A stretch of DNA of 60,554 nucleotides, taken from Octopus bimaculoides. Its lineage: Eukaryota. Under the pieces are notes generated by a model. That model was given only the letters and a program-made list of their open reading frames with translations, ran no database searches and was not told where the DNA came from. The stretch is from contig NC_068991.1 in the NCBI RefSeq assembly GCF_001194135.2, forward strand, positions 16,146,438-16,206,991. The letters are read 5' to 3'. Position numbers and translations under genes: made by a program. Below, in pieces: positions 1-10,530 of the stretch (positions are counted from its first letter, which is position 1; every line of letters begins with the position of its first letter).

Positions 1-247
1 GGGAAGTTGGAAGTGGAAGGAAAGGAAAAAAAAACAAAGAAAAATTAAAATAAATTACAAGTAAAAAAACAATGAATTAATTTCTTGTGCAAACCACCGA
101 GAGAACAGACGGGACAAGTTTGCTTTTAGCTTCATTTTTTTTTCTTTCCTGTTCCATTATTGTCATTTTTTTCTTTAATTCTTGTGTATCGTACTGACCA
201 AATTTTAGAATTTTTTTTTTTTTTTTGTTCAATGGATTAACTCATTT

Positions 248-358
248 TTAATTACCAATACTCTTCCACGCATAGACGCCAACACTGATAAGAACACCGG
301 CTATTAAAACGCCAAAGGCTTGCCTCTTTGGGGTGCCAAAATATTCCACAATGGCTTC
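248..358 (-). CDS. BAX: BAX-like terminal coding exon with C-terminal membrane anchor and stop
   Basis: Acceptor ttttctttgtatttacAG|(358). Translates EAIVEYFGTPKRQAFGVLIAGVLISVGVYAWKSIGN then TAA (250-248), matching BAX DGLLSYFGTPTWQTVTIFVAGVLTASLTIWKKMG. Confidence 0.93.
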   Translation of the reverse strand, partial: EAIVEYFGTPKRQAFGVLIAGVLISVGVYAWKSIGN

Positions 359-384
359 CTGTAAATACAAAGAAAATGTAAATT

Positions 385-530
385 AATCACTGGTTTCAAA
401 TTTTGGGGAGAGGGGCTAAGTTGTCAGTTAATCGACCCCAGTGCTCAACTGATACTTATTCTATCAACCCTGAAAGAATGAAAGGTAATGTTGACCTTAG
501 TGGAATTAGAACTCAGAACATAACAAATAT
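385..530 (-). mobile_element. SINE family C fragment in the last BAX intron
   Basis: Matches the recurrent ...gttctgagttcaaattc...gactttgcctttcatcctttcggggtcgat...aagtaccag...ctggggtcgat... consensus seen more than 10 times in the window. Confidence 0.75.
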
Positions 531-591
531 CAGGGAACTAATTGTCTCTCCCTAACCGAATTTTACCAAAAATTCTCAAATATTTACTCAC

Positions 592-690
592 CCATCCACC
601 TCGAGATAGAATCCAATCAGCAAGATTGTCTACTATAAAATTAATAACTAAGTTGATGATGGCTCGGATTAAAGGAATCCGGTCCAATGC
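592..690 (-). CDS. BAX: BAX-like exon encoding alpha6/BH2, phase 0 to 0, 99 nt
   Basis: Acceptor tttatatatttcAG|(690) and donor TGG|GTGAGT(591). Translates ALDRIPLIRAIINLVINFIVDNLADWILSRGGW, with the BH2 WIxxxGGW motif. Confidence 0.93.
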
Positions 691-764
691 CTGAAATATA
701 TAAAAGGAAAAGATTTTGACATTCAGCATGAGAAACAAACAAAAAAAACATAACAAAAACAATC

Positions 765-1760
765 CCTTCTACCATAGGCACAAAGCCTGAAATTTGGGGG
801 GTGGGGAGAATGGGGCTAGTTGGCTACAACAACCCCTACTTAATTTATCGACCCCAAAAGGATAAAAGGCAAAGTTGACTTCCAAGCAATTTGAATTCAG
901 AACATTAAGAGGGACAAAATGCTGCTAAGCGTTTTGGCCAGTCTGCTAGTGACTCTACCAGTTCACTGCCCTCGAAACAAAAACTAAATAATAATCATTA
1001 TTATCTGTGATATAGGCTAGTAATTTATGGACGAGGAAAGGAAGTTAGTTTCCAGTGACCCCCACCAATACTGAACTAGCACTTCATTTTATCAACCCTG
1101 AAAGGAAGAAAAACAAAGTCAACTTCAGTAGGATATGAACTCAGAACATGAAGAGGCAGAAGAAATACCACAAGGCATTGTGGTATTGTCCAAAGTTCTA
1201 ATGATTTTGCCAGCTCACCACCTTAATATTAATAATAATCCTTTCTGCTATAGGCGCAAGGCCTGGAATTTGTGGATACTCAATCACATTGATCCCAGTA
1301 CTAAACTGGTACTTATTTTATCAACCCTGAAAGGATGAAAGGCAAAGTCATAATAATAATAATAATAATAATGATAATAATAATAATAATAAATGATGGT
1401 TCCAAATTTTGCCACAAGGGCAGCAATTTTGGGGGAGGAGATGAGTCAATTACATTGACCCCAGTAATCAACTGCTACTTATTTTATCGACCCCCTAAAG
1501 GACGAAAGGTAAAGTCAACCTCTGTGGAATTTGAACTCAGACATAGTGATAGGCAAAATACCACTAAGCATTTCATTCAGAGCACTAACGGTTCTGCAAG
1601 CCCGCCGTCGCCGCCACCAACGACAATAATAGTTTCAAATTTTGGCACAAGGCCAGCAAATTCTGGGGCAGATGTAAGTTGATTGCATTGACCTTCCAGT
1701 GCTAAACTGGTAGTTATTTTATTGATCTCAAAAGGATGAAAGGCAAAGTCGACTTCAGAC
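765..1760 (-). mobile_element. five head-to-tail SINE family C copies separated by (AAT)n tails
   Basis: Copies at ~765-965, 1005-1200, 1245-1350, 1395-1610 and 1625-1760, all in the same orientation. Confidence 0.8.
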
Positions 1761-2009
1761 TTCAGGCTAGAGGGATTCCAAGAAGCAGACCAGTCTGGAA
1801 AAGAAGGATTTGCAAGCATAAGGACCCTTTAAGCTTAAAAGATCCTTCTAATATTGCGGTGCAGAGACAAACAGATGCATGTGTATATTTGCAAGTTTTC
1901 CCAGAATGATGGAATTGATGCAGCTACCAATAACTGACCCTCTGCCAAATGGAGCAGAAAGAAAACAAAAAGAAGAAAAAAAAACTATAAAGCAGTTGTT
2001 AGAACTCAC

Positions 2010-2142
2010 CTTGATGGCCATTTTGTAGGCAAAGTAAAAGAACCGAACCACTATATCCCAAGTAAGGTTTACAGAGACAATAGCACTGGCAACATTGAGA
2101 AATGTATTGGGAATATCTTCAGGCTCTATTCTTGATACCAAA
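2010..2142 (-). CDS. BAX: BAX-like exon encoding divergent BH1, phase 2 to 0, 133 nt
   Basis: Acceptor tattctcttacAG|(2142) and donor AAG|GTGAGT(2009). Translates LVSRIEPEDIPNTFLNVASAIVSVNLTWDIVVRFFYFAYKMAIK, aligning to BAX VFFRVAADMFSDGNFNWGRVVALFYFASKLVLK. Confidence 0.92.
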
Positions 2143-2330
2143 CTGTAAGAGAATAACGGAAAGTCAGGATTAAATCAGACATTAGAAAATGTATTCCTTA
2201 ACATAATCATTATTTAATGTCCACTTTTCCATACTTGCATGGGTCACACAGAAATTACGAAGCAGATTTTTGTACGACAGCTGGATGCCACTCCTGTCAC
2301 CAACACTCACCCAGTTCCAAGTAAGATTAC

Positions 2331-2560
2331 ATTGGGTTATCTGGAAAGTTCATGCCGATTTATAGTAGCTTACCTTTCGACTTATTTGCTATGAAACCAC
2401 CTCAATTCTGGGAAGAGGGTATTTTCAAGTTAAAGGAAAGATGGAAACGCATTGTGCAACAAAATGGTTCATATTTGGTTGATTAAAAATGTAATGGCAA
2501 GTATTTATTGACCTTTTTCTTTCATTTAAAAATCGGCATGAACTTTCCGGACAACCCAAT
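2331..2560 (+). mobile_element. mariner internal-deletion derivative
   Basis: ~30-bp TIRs (attgggttatctggaaagttcatgccgattt / aaatcggcatgaactttccggacaacccaat). The interior encodes EEGIFKLKERWKRIVQQNGSYLVD*, a mariner transposase C-terminus. Confidence 0.85.
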
Positions 2561-2788
2561 ATTTTTCCATAGTTAAACATGTTTTTCATGAAAATGACAG
2601 CAATACTTACTTGCTATCATCACATAATGTCAAAATAAGTGCACACACACATACGCATTGTCATACATATACTGGCATTCATTGATATTTTATACTTCAA
2701 CAAGGATTGTCTTCAACAGAAAGCACCTCCATCATACTTGGTTCTTAGATCTAAATGCAAAGTAGCTTTTCATTTACATCAGCGAGAT

Positions 2789-3078
2789 CAGTAGTTCCCA
2801 AACTTTTGCAGGCTGCTGCCCCCTTGGCATCCAGGACATATTCCTAGTGCCCCCTTCACCCTCCCCACCACAAATATAGACCACTTTCTGCAGCAAATTC
2901 AAAACAACTGTATTTCACAAATAGAACTTAAACCTAATTAACCTATTAAAATATATTTTTTTTTTACATCTATCACCCCATCTTGGCCGCCCCATTATCA
3001 TTCTACTTTTCTTCAATGACCCCCTGGATCTTTCCACCACCCACAAGGGGGCAGTACAGCCCACTTTGGGAACCACTG
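2789..3078. mobile_element. hAT (Charlie-type) MITE
   Basis: TIRs cagtagttcccaaa / tttgggaaccactg; 8-bp TSD agcgagat / agctagat. Confidence 0.85.
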
Positions 3079-3392
3079 AGCTAGATGAACAGCACAGAAG
3101 TATAATAATAAGAGGCTTAGTGTAAAGACATCCCCTTGCTTCACACCACTTTTGACCTCAAATGATGGTGATGCTGACCCATTTGATAACAATGAACTCT
3201 ATGTTGTCATGAAGAGAGCAAATGATAGCGAGGAAATTCTTCAGAGATATGATTCATGAATTCGATGTGATGATTCCTCTCTCATGGGTATCTCTCTATG
3301 GGAACCTAAGCTGACGAAGAGAAAGAATACAGGTGACAGATAAAGAAATAACTATCAGGTATGGACGTTTGCTGCAGATTACTATTTACTCT

Positions 3393-3586
3393 TGTACCTG
3401 TATTTCAAAGGGTCAGCCTTGTCACACTGTGTCACGCTGAATATCCCCGAGAACTATGTTAAGAGTACACGTGTCTGTGGAGTGCTCAGCCACTTACACG
3501 TTAATTTCACGAGCAAGCTGTTCCGTTGATTGGATCAACTGGAACCCTCGTCGTCGTAAGTGACGGAGTGCCAACCAACAACAACA
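3393..3586 (+). mobile_element. SINE family B, 5'-truncated
   Basis: 3' half of the B consensus with (CAA)n tail; 12-bp TSD actatttactct (3381 / 3587). Confidence 0.9.
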
Positions 3587-3745
3587 ACTATTTACTCTAA
3601 TGAAGAAAAAGAAAAAAAGGGAAAGGCCAAAAGGAGGGGATAAACGACAAAAAAAATGTGTAATGGGGAGCATCATCCTGAAAACAATAATGAAGACAGG
3701 GACAAAGAAAAAGGTGAATTGAAATTCAGTATCCTACATAGGAAT

Positions 3746-4137
3746 GTTGTTGTTGTTGTTGGCACTCCGTCGCTTACAACGTCGAGAGTTCCAGTTGATC
3801 CGATCAACGGAACAGCCTGCTCGTGAAATTAATGTGCAAGTGGCTGAGCACTCCACAGACACGTGTACCCTTAACGTAGTTCTCGGGGATATTCAGCGTG
3901 ACACAGTGTGACAAGGCTGAGCCTTTGAATTACAGGCACAACAGAAACAGGAAGTAAGAGCGAGAGAAAGTTGTGGTGAGAGAGTACAGCAGGGTTCGCC
4001 ACCATCCCCTGCCGGAGCCTCGTGGAGCTTTAGGTGTTTTGGCTCAATAAACACTCACAACGCCCAGTCTGGGAATCGAAACCGCGATCCTATGACCGCG
4101 AGTCCGCTGCCCTAACCACTGGGCCATTGCGCCTCCA
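3746..4137 (-). mobile_element. SINE family B, full length (tRNA-derived head, (CAA)n tail)
   Basis: Head GGCGCAATGGCCCAGTGGTTAGGG...GGTTTCGATTCCC carries Pol III A/B boxes; 13-bp TSD cctacataggaat. Confidence 0.92.
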
Positions 4138-4472
4138 CCTACATAGGAATAACCAGTGCCTTATTAACACAATGACATATTTTTGCGGTAAGTACTGTGC
4201 TTGGAAGTACAAATCAATGAAAAGCAATTAAGTTCACACTATAAGAGATAATTCATGCAGAAAATGTTAATGAGTACCTTTTATTCCACCAGACAGTAGT
4301 GCAAATAGTGGCAGGTGGGTAGAGACAATGATGGGGTGTTGTAACATGACCTGACAAGTGATTTCTCACTCATATGTGGGTGAGAATCCTAGATGTTTTC
4401 CAGATATTGTCTTCCCTTTTTTTTTTATTGTTTACAGTATATTTTGTTTTAGTTTTAATCTTATCGTTTATT

Positions 4473-4845
4473 TTTTACTTGTTTCAGTCATTTGACTGTG
4501 GCCATGCTGGGACATCACCTTGAAAGGTTCAGTCGAACAAATTAACCCCAAGACTTATGATTGCTATTTTTAAGCCTAGTAATTATTCTATTGGTCTTTT
4601 TCGCTGAACCGCTAAATTACAGGGACGTAAACACACCACCACTGGTTGTCAAGCAAAGGTGGGGGACAAACACAGACACACACACACACACACATAGATA
4701 TATGCAAATATACTACAGGCTTCTTTGAATTTCTGTCAACTAAATCTACTCACAAGGCTTTGGTCAGCCTGAGGCTATAAGTAGAAGACACTAGCCCAAG
4801 GTGCTACACAGTGAGACTGAACCCGGAACCATGTGATTGAAAAGT
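4473..4845 (-). mobile_element. SINE family A (tRNA head, ggcaccttgggcaagtgtctt core, internal (TA/CA)n, gagtaaaa tail)
   Basis: Same consensus recurs at ~9170, 9730, 15420, 20637, 24170, 28305, 33470, 33720, 34760, 35470, 36690, 43255, 43350, 44410, 44712, 49880, 51050 and 51330. Confidence 0.85.
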
Positions 4846-5527
4846 TTATCCTCTCTTTTTTTTTTTTAAATTTATTTCTGCATAATTACTTGAGTTCTTA
4901 TTAATTTTAAAAGTTGTCTCCACTTCGATTACATAACATCTTTCACTTCTCTCATTTCTGCGTAAATTTTTTTCCTCTGACTCCACGCATATCTTTGCAA
5001 ACCCCTTGATTAACATTCTTCATGTTTATTGTGTATCTCTGTGAGCTCTCGTGGCTAATGAAGAAAAGATAATTATTACTATTACTGGTACAATTAATAG
5101 AGTTAAAGGACTACCAGGAAAAAAGAAAACGGGACAGTGAAAGGATAACCCACATTACAGTAGTACAAGCAGCTGTTATACACACGCACATTCCAAACTA
5201 CATGGAAAAATTAGGCCAGTCAAGTGATAAGCAAGCTTGACTCACCAAAACGATAAAATCTCTTTTTTGTTTGTTTGTTTTCTATTCCCCTTTTGCTCCC
5301 ATCCAATAATTTCAATGAACATAAGAAAGTGGCCCTGACTATTGCAGGCCTTCCATCCTTACTAGTGAGACCGATGTCCAGTCTAAACATCTGCAGTATA
5401 AAAACTGATAGGTTTTGGATGAAAACATGAATCTAGTTTGAATGCATAGAGGAGAGTGAACTCATCTTAAAAGGTCATTAGAAGGACCAGGCATTTTGAC
5501 GTTAGATTGGGTGGTTTGTTAAACCTT

Positions 5528-5597
5528 TTAAATACAGTAATCATTATCATTATTAGAAATTAACATTGCAGTATTCATCTCAATTTCATACACATCA

Positions 5598-5640
<43 letters not shown>

Positions 5641-5662
5641 CATCATCATTATTATTATTATT
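5528..5662 (+). repeat. (ATT)n/(ATC)n microsatellite preceding a SINE C copy (5662-5775)
   Basis: Direct sequence; source of the poly-Asn ORF. Confidence 0.9.
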
Positions 5663-6469
5663 AAGGCAGCAAGCTGGCAGAATCATTAGCACACTGGGCA
5701 AAATGCTTGGCAGTATTTCATCCATCTTCATGTTCCGAGTTCAAATTCTGTTGAGGTCAGCTTTGCCTTTCGTTCTTTGTTTGACCATGGACAAGATATC
5801 TCAAGAACTGCTGGATGGATTTGGATGAAACTTTCAGGAATGTTTGGCTTTGTGACTGGCATGGTCTCATTAGATTTTGCGATCGATCCAGTACCAAACA
5901 AGGATTCTGGATTATTTTTCTGATTTTTTTTTTTACTTTACATGTACATGTAAAGTTTTACATAGTTCTCTTGTACATGCACACACATACACTCACACAT
6001 TTTCAGCATTGAACATTACCATCCCATTTCCATTGTACACACACATGCACACAAAGATACTTCTCTTTTACACACACACATATACTCACACTTCAAATGC
6101 TGTTTATCGGCTTTTTCACTCCTTTCTTCGTTATTCATCTATCACCCCTTCCTTTCCCATTCATATGATGCTCTCTTTGCCACTTCATCTCTCTCTCAGT
6201 CATGGCTATTACTCTCACTACTTCTCCTTCACTGTATTAGTATTTCATCTCCTCTCCCTCAGTATATATGTATATATTTAGATTATTTTTCTGTTTGAGA
6301 GAAGTCAGGTTCATTTTTAGTATTCTCGTTTGTGAGAGCAGCCCTGTTTATTTCAGATATTCTCATTTTAAAAATCATCTCCGGCTAATCGTTGAGAGGA
6401 CATTGGTGTTGCCTAGGCAGAGGTTTGTGCTCTTGTCATCGTCAGCGTCATCATCATCATTATTATTCA

Positions 6470-6660
6470 GGAAGCAAGCTGGCAGCACTGTTTGCAGTTC
6501 AGACAAAATGCTTAGTAGCCATTTCATTGGACTCTGATTTCTGAGTTCAAATTCCACTGAGGTCAACTTTTCCTTTCATCCTATCAATAAAATGAAGTAC
6601 CCTTCAGGATGTGGGGCTGATGTAATCAACCACCAACCCTTTTCCCAAATTTTAGGCCTT
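6470..6660 (+). mobile_element. SINE family C
   Basis: aagcaagctggcagcactgtttgc...ctgagttcaaattccactgaggtcaacttttcctttcatcc...ttttaggccttg. Confidence 0.75.
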
Positions 6661-6661
6661 G

Positions 6662-6935
6662 AGTCGTCGTCGTCGTCGTCGTTTAACGTCCGCTTTCCCT
6701 GCTAGCATGGGTTGGACGATTTGACTGAGGACTGGTGAAACCAGATGGCTACACCAGGCTCCAATCTGATTTGGCCGAGTTTCTACAGTTGGATGCCCTT
6801 CCTAACGCCAACCACTCAGAGAGTGTAGTGGGTGCTTTTACGTGTCACCGGCACGCAGGCCAGTCAGGCGGTACTGGCAACGGCCACGCTCATCTTGCTC
6901 GAAAAACCTCATGTGTCACCCGCACATGAGGTTTT
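6662..6935 (-). mobile_element. family D element (RTE LINE 3' end), (GAC)n tail variant
   Basis: cgtttaacgtccgctttccctgctagcatgggttggacg... consensus, shared with 10722, 12355, 13570, 32055 and 43020. Confidence 0.85.
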
Positions 6936-7224
6936 TTGAGCGAGTGAGTGTAGATTAGAAACAATCAGTCACATTAGTATTGAAAGGGTAGTGTATTGGC
7001 AGAACCAGTACAGTGAAGGACAACCTATGCCTTGCAGTAGTTCATCAGGTACTTTGCATTATGAGTTCATATCCCACTGATGCTGATATAAAGCAAATGG
7101 CAGATTTAACCCTGTGTCAGTGTAATTGTGTCCGCACTCAAAATGCATGTCGTTATTATTGATGGTTGGATTGAATGCAATACAGAACTTAGTTTGTTCA
7201 TGTACATTTAAAAATTAATTACTA

Positions 7225-7434
7225 TTTATTCCCTCCAGAGAGAGAGTGGGAAAGAAAGAGAGAGGTAAAGAGAGATACAGTTAAAGGAGAGAGGAAGAAA
7301 GAGAAAAAAGGGTAGCTAGAAAGACAAAAGAGCAAAAAAAGAGAAGTAGAGATAAGAAAGACAGCTGGAGAGAAAGTGAAAATCAGAGAGACACAGAGAA
7401 ATGAACTAGACAATGAGAGAGAGAGAGAGAGAAT

Positions 7435-7468
<34 letters not shown>

Positions 7469-7830
7469 ATAGAGAGAGAGAGAGAGAGAGAGAGAGAATG
7501 GAGAGAGAGGATAGAGAATAGAGAGAGAATAGAGAGAGAGAGAAAATAGAGAGAGAGAGAATAGAAGAGAGAGAGAAAATAGAGAGAGAGAATAGAGAGA
7601 GAGAGAGAGAGAGAGAGTAGAGAGAGAGAGAGTAGAGAGAGAGAATAGAGAGAGAGAGAATAAAGAGAGAGAGAGAATAAAGAGAGAGAGAGAATAAAGA
7701 GACAGGCAGATAGACAGATAGATAGACGGAAAGAGCAAGAGAGAGCCTAGAAGATATAGGATGAGAGATGTGGGCTAGAGAGCAAATGAGATATGAGAGT
7801 GAGAGAGAGAAAAAGAGATAGAGACAAACA
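7225..7830 (+). repeat. ~600-bp (AG)n/GAATA purine-rich tract
   Basis: Direct sequence; source of the LSLSLS ORFs. Confidence 0.95.
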
Positions 7831-7859
7831 GACAAATACTACTGAAGTGAGTCACTTAC

Positions 7860-7944
7860 TCTTGCAGTCTTTGGTCTCCATCTAATTCGTCACCAATACA
7901 CCGTAGAGCACGTCCTATTTCTTCTAGCTGAGACATCGGTGGAC
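7860..7944 (-). CDS. BAX: BAX-like exon encoding BH3, phase 1 to 2, 85 nt (absent from ORF track)
   Basis: Acceptor tattttgatccAG|(7944) and donor GA|GTAAGT(7859). Translates GPPMSQLEEIGRALRCIGDELDGDQRLQ(D), a canonical BH3 LxxIGDELD. Phases match both neighbouring exons. Confidence 0.93.
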
Positions 7945-8289
7945 CTGGATCAAAATACAAACACATTGCACTGGTTAGAACCGGGCAATGGTCACTGCTA
8001 TCTAACAATGGATAAAAACCTTAAAGGAAGTTCTATTGACTATGTGTTGATGTATTTAATGCAAGGAACATTAAAAAAAGAATTCTAATTAGGAATAATG
8101 TGGTAACAAAAAGTCAACATTGGATCAATGACTAATACTTTAATAACATTTCAGCAAGTGTGGGAGACAACTCTCGACATGTTTTGGTCTTATTAGTCCT
8201 CATCAGCAAAAGCATAGATTTTACTGAACTTGATGAAGTAGCAATGATAGAACCATAAAGTAGTAGACACTTAATGTTTTTATCCTTAT

Positions 8290-8475
8290 TCTTTAGCCCT
8301 GAGTTAGCACTGGCTGAGCAGACCTATGATTAAATGCCACTATCCTAATCTCCTTCTAAGCACTATACATCTAGGACTACATTATCCAATTTTTATCTTC
8401 CTTTTCAGTACAGTTAGGGTTATTTGAATGAGATTTGACAGCAATTTCCAGCAGGGTGAGTGACCACTTAAAAGT
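8290..8475 (-). mobile_element. family F interspersed repeat (ends ...gacctggggctaaacaacaac)
   Basis: Motifs ggactacattatccaat and gatttgagggagatttggctgctatttctagc recur at ~34140, 39330, 39600, 50690, 52595, 53715 and 55625. Confidence 0.6.
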
Positions 8476-8838
8476 TTGGATTAGCTAATTACGCAATATA
8501 TTGAAAAATATTTGATAAATTTACTTTTTAATAAGTTGCTGATTACTTCAACTTTAACTCAGCAAACTTATGATCAAAAGCATTCCAACCATGGCCATCC
8601 TTTTAAGTGGTTTTAGGCCTATATTATCTATGTGGTTGATGCCTGATCAATGTTTGTAGAAACAGCATGAGATAAGTAGCAATCCAATAATACTATATAT
8701 GTGTATATTATAAGCTTTCCCAGAGTGATGAAATCAACTTGTATAGATGGGTGGCTGCAAAAGAAAAAAACATGAAACAAGGAGCAAGTACAAGAAGCAA
8801 GTTAATGCTGAGTTATGACTGAATAGATAGTGACTTAC

Positions 8839-8985
8839 CTGTTGGTGTGTCTGGTTCGATGAGGTTGGACTCTTGCAGAGGATTTTCAAAGCCTTCATTT
8901 TCCATTCTGTCATGGATGAACTGGTTCAGCAAACACCGCGCCTGGTTGCCCACGTCATCTCTGTTTAAGTTTTTCCTGGGCGGTT
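8839..8985 (-). CDS. BAX: BAX-like apoptosis regulator, internal coding exon (helix alpha1), phase 1 to 1, 147 nt
   Basis: Acceptor ttttatttctgcAG|(8985) and donor G|GTAAGT(8838). Translates PPRKNLNRDDVGNQARCLLNQFIHDRMENEGFENPLQESNLIEPDTPT; LLNQFIHDR matches the BAX alpha1 LLQGFIQDR pattern. Confidence 0.9.
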
Positions 8986-9729
8986 CTGCAGAAATAAAAT
9001 AAAATAAAATAATTGAAGGGCAATGGTCATACAACAAATAACATAAGAAGAAGCAAAAAGAAGTGAAAATTTCAGTTCTACAGAGGAACCAATGGCAGAA
9101 AAAAACAAAACAAAACAAAACCCTCTCTCAATATATTTCAAACCTATTTACAATGAATATATACACACATAGTCAGTAGCTGTGTGGTTAGGAAGTTTGT
9201 TTCCATATCATGAGGTTTGAGGTTCAGCCCCATTGTGTGGAACACTAGGCAATTGTTGTTCTACTATACCTCAGGTTGACCCAAACCTTCCAGATGGATT
9301 TGGCAGACAGAAACTGAAAGAGAGTGTGTGTGTGTTATCATTATTGTAATGCCCTCTTTTCCATGCTTGCATGGTTCAGGTGGAGTTGAGGTGGATTTTC
9401 TACAGCTGGATGCCCTTCCTGTCACCAACACTTATTTGTTTCTGTTATGTCTCAATGCTACTGCTATCTAGCACCTTCAGATTATCTCTACTCAACCACT
9501 ACACAACTGCTACTCGACTGCTACTCAACACTCTACCACAGTCAGACTACCTCTATTTATGTCTTGGGAGATCCTACTTTTTCGCCTGGGTGCGACGACA
9601 CAACAGTTATTTCCTCATGGCCAGACAAGTTTCTGCAGAATAATGGAAATGAATGGTATTCATTGACAACAGTCATGTGATATCATGACAAGGAGAGAGA
9701 AACACACACACACACCTGACTGTGTATAT

Positions 9730-10115
9730 TACTCTTTTACTTGTTTCAGTCATTTTACTGCGGCCATGCTGGAGCACCGCCTTTAGTCGAGAAAATCGAC
9801 CCCAGGACTTATTCTTTGAAAGCTTAGTACTTATTCTATCGGTCTCTTTTTGCCGAACCGCTAAGTTACGGGGACGTAAACACACCAGCATCGGTTGTCA
9901 AGCAATGGTGGGGGGACAAACACAGACACACATACATATATACATATATACGACGGGCTTCTTTCAGTTTCCGTCCACCAAATCCACTCACAAGGCTTTG
10001 GTCGGCCCGAGGCCATAGTAGAAGACACTTGCCCAAGGTGCCATGCAGTGGGACTGAAATTGGAACCATGTGGTTGGGAAGCAAGGTTCTTACCACACAG
10101 CCACTCCTGCGCCCT
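9730..10115 (-). mobile_element. SINE family A, near full length
   Basis: tactcttttacttgtttcagtc...ccacacagccactcctgcgcc. Confidence 0.9.
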
Positions 10116-10530
10116 ATGTTTGTATTTCCTTGTCCTGACTTTGCACAATAGTTGTAAATGTGTGTCACTGTCACACAAGCACTACCATTCATTTTCAGTA
10201 CTTTATGTAAATGTGTTTGGCTATGGAGGTATTTAACCTTGCTTGGAAACAGGTGTGGCTTGGTAACAAGAAGCATATCTAGCCATAGAAAAATCTGTCT
10301 CTATAAACAATAAACATGTAGATGATGATGATACAGTATGTTTCGCAATCATGTGATTTCATGTCCTGTTCAACAGCATAACATCTTAACTATTTTCTGA
10401 TCAAATTTCTATTGAAACGATTTTTAAAATAACACCAACATTAGTAAAATAAAATAGTCATTATTGATATGCTTTTTGGTACAAAAGTTAACATAAAAAT
10501 TTTGACAAAAAAGGCTTAATTTAGATCCCT

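Noticed and set aside
1848-2009. C-terminal extension of ORF 1848-2141 (VSSNNCF...)
   Set aside because: It lies beyond a consensus GTGAGT donor at a position conserved with BAX, so it is intronic read-through.
7383-7835. Leu/Ser-rich hydrophobic ORFs
   Set aside because: Translation of the (CT)n microsatellite.
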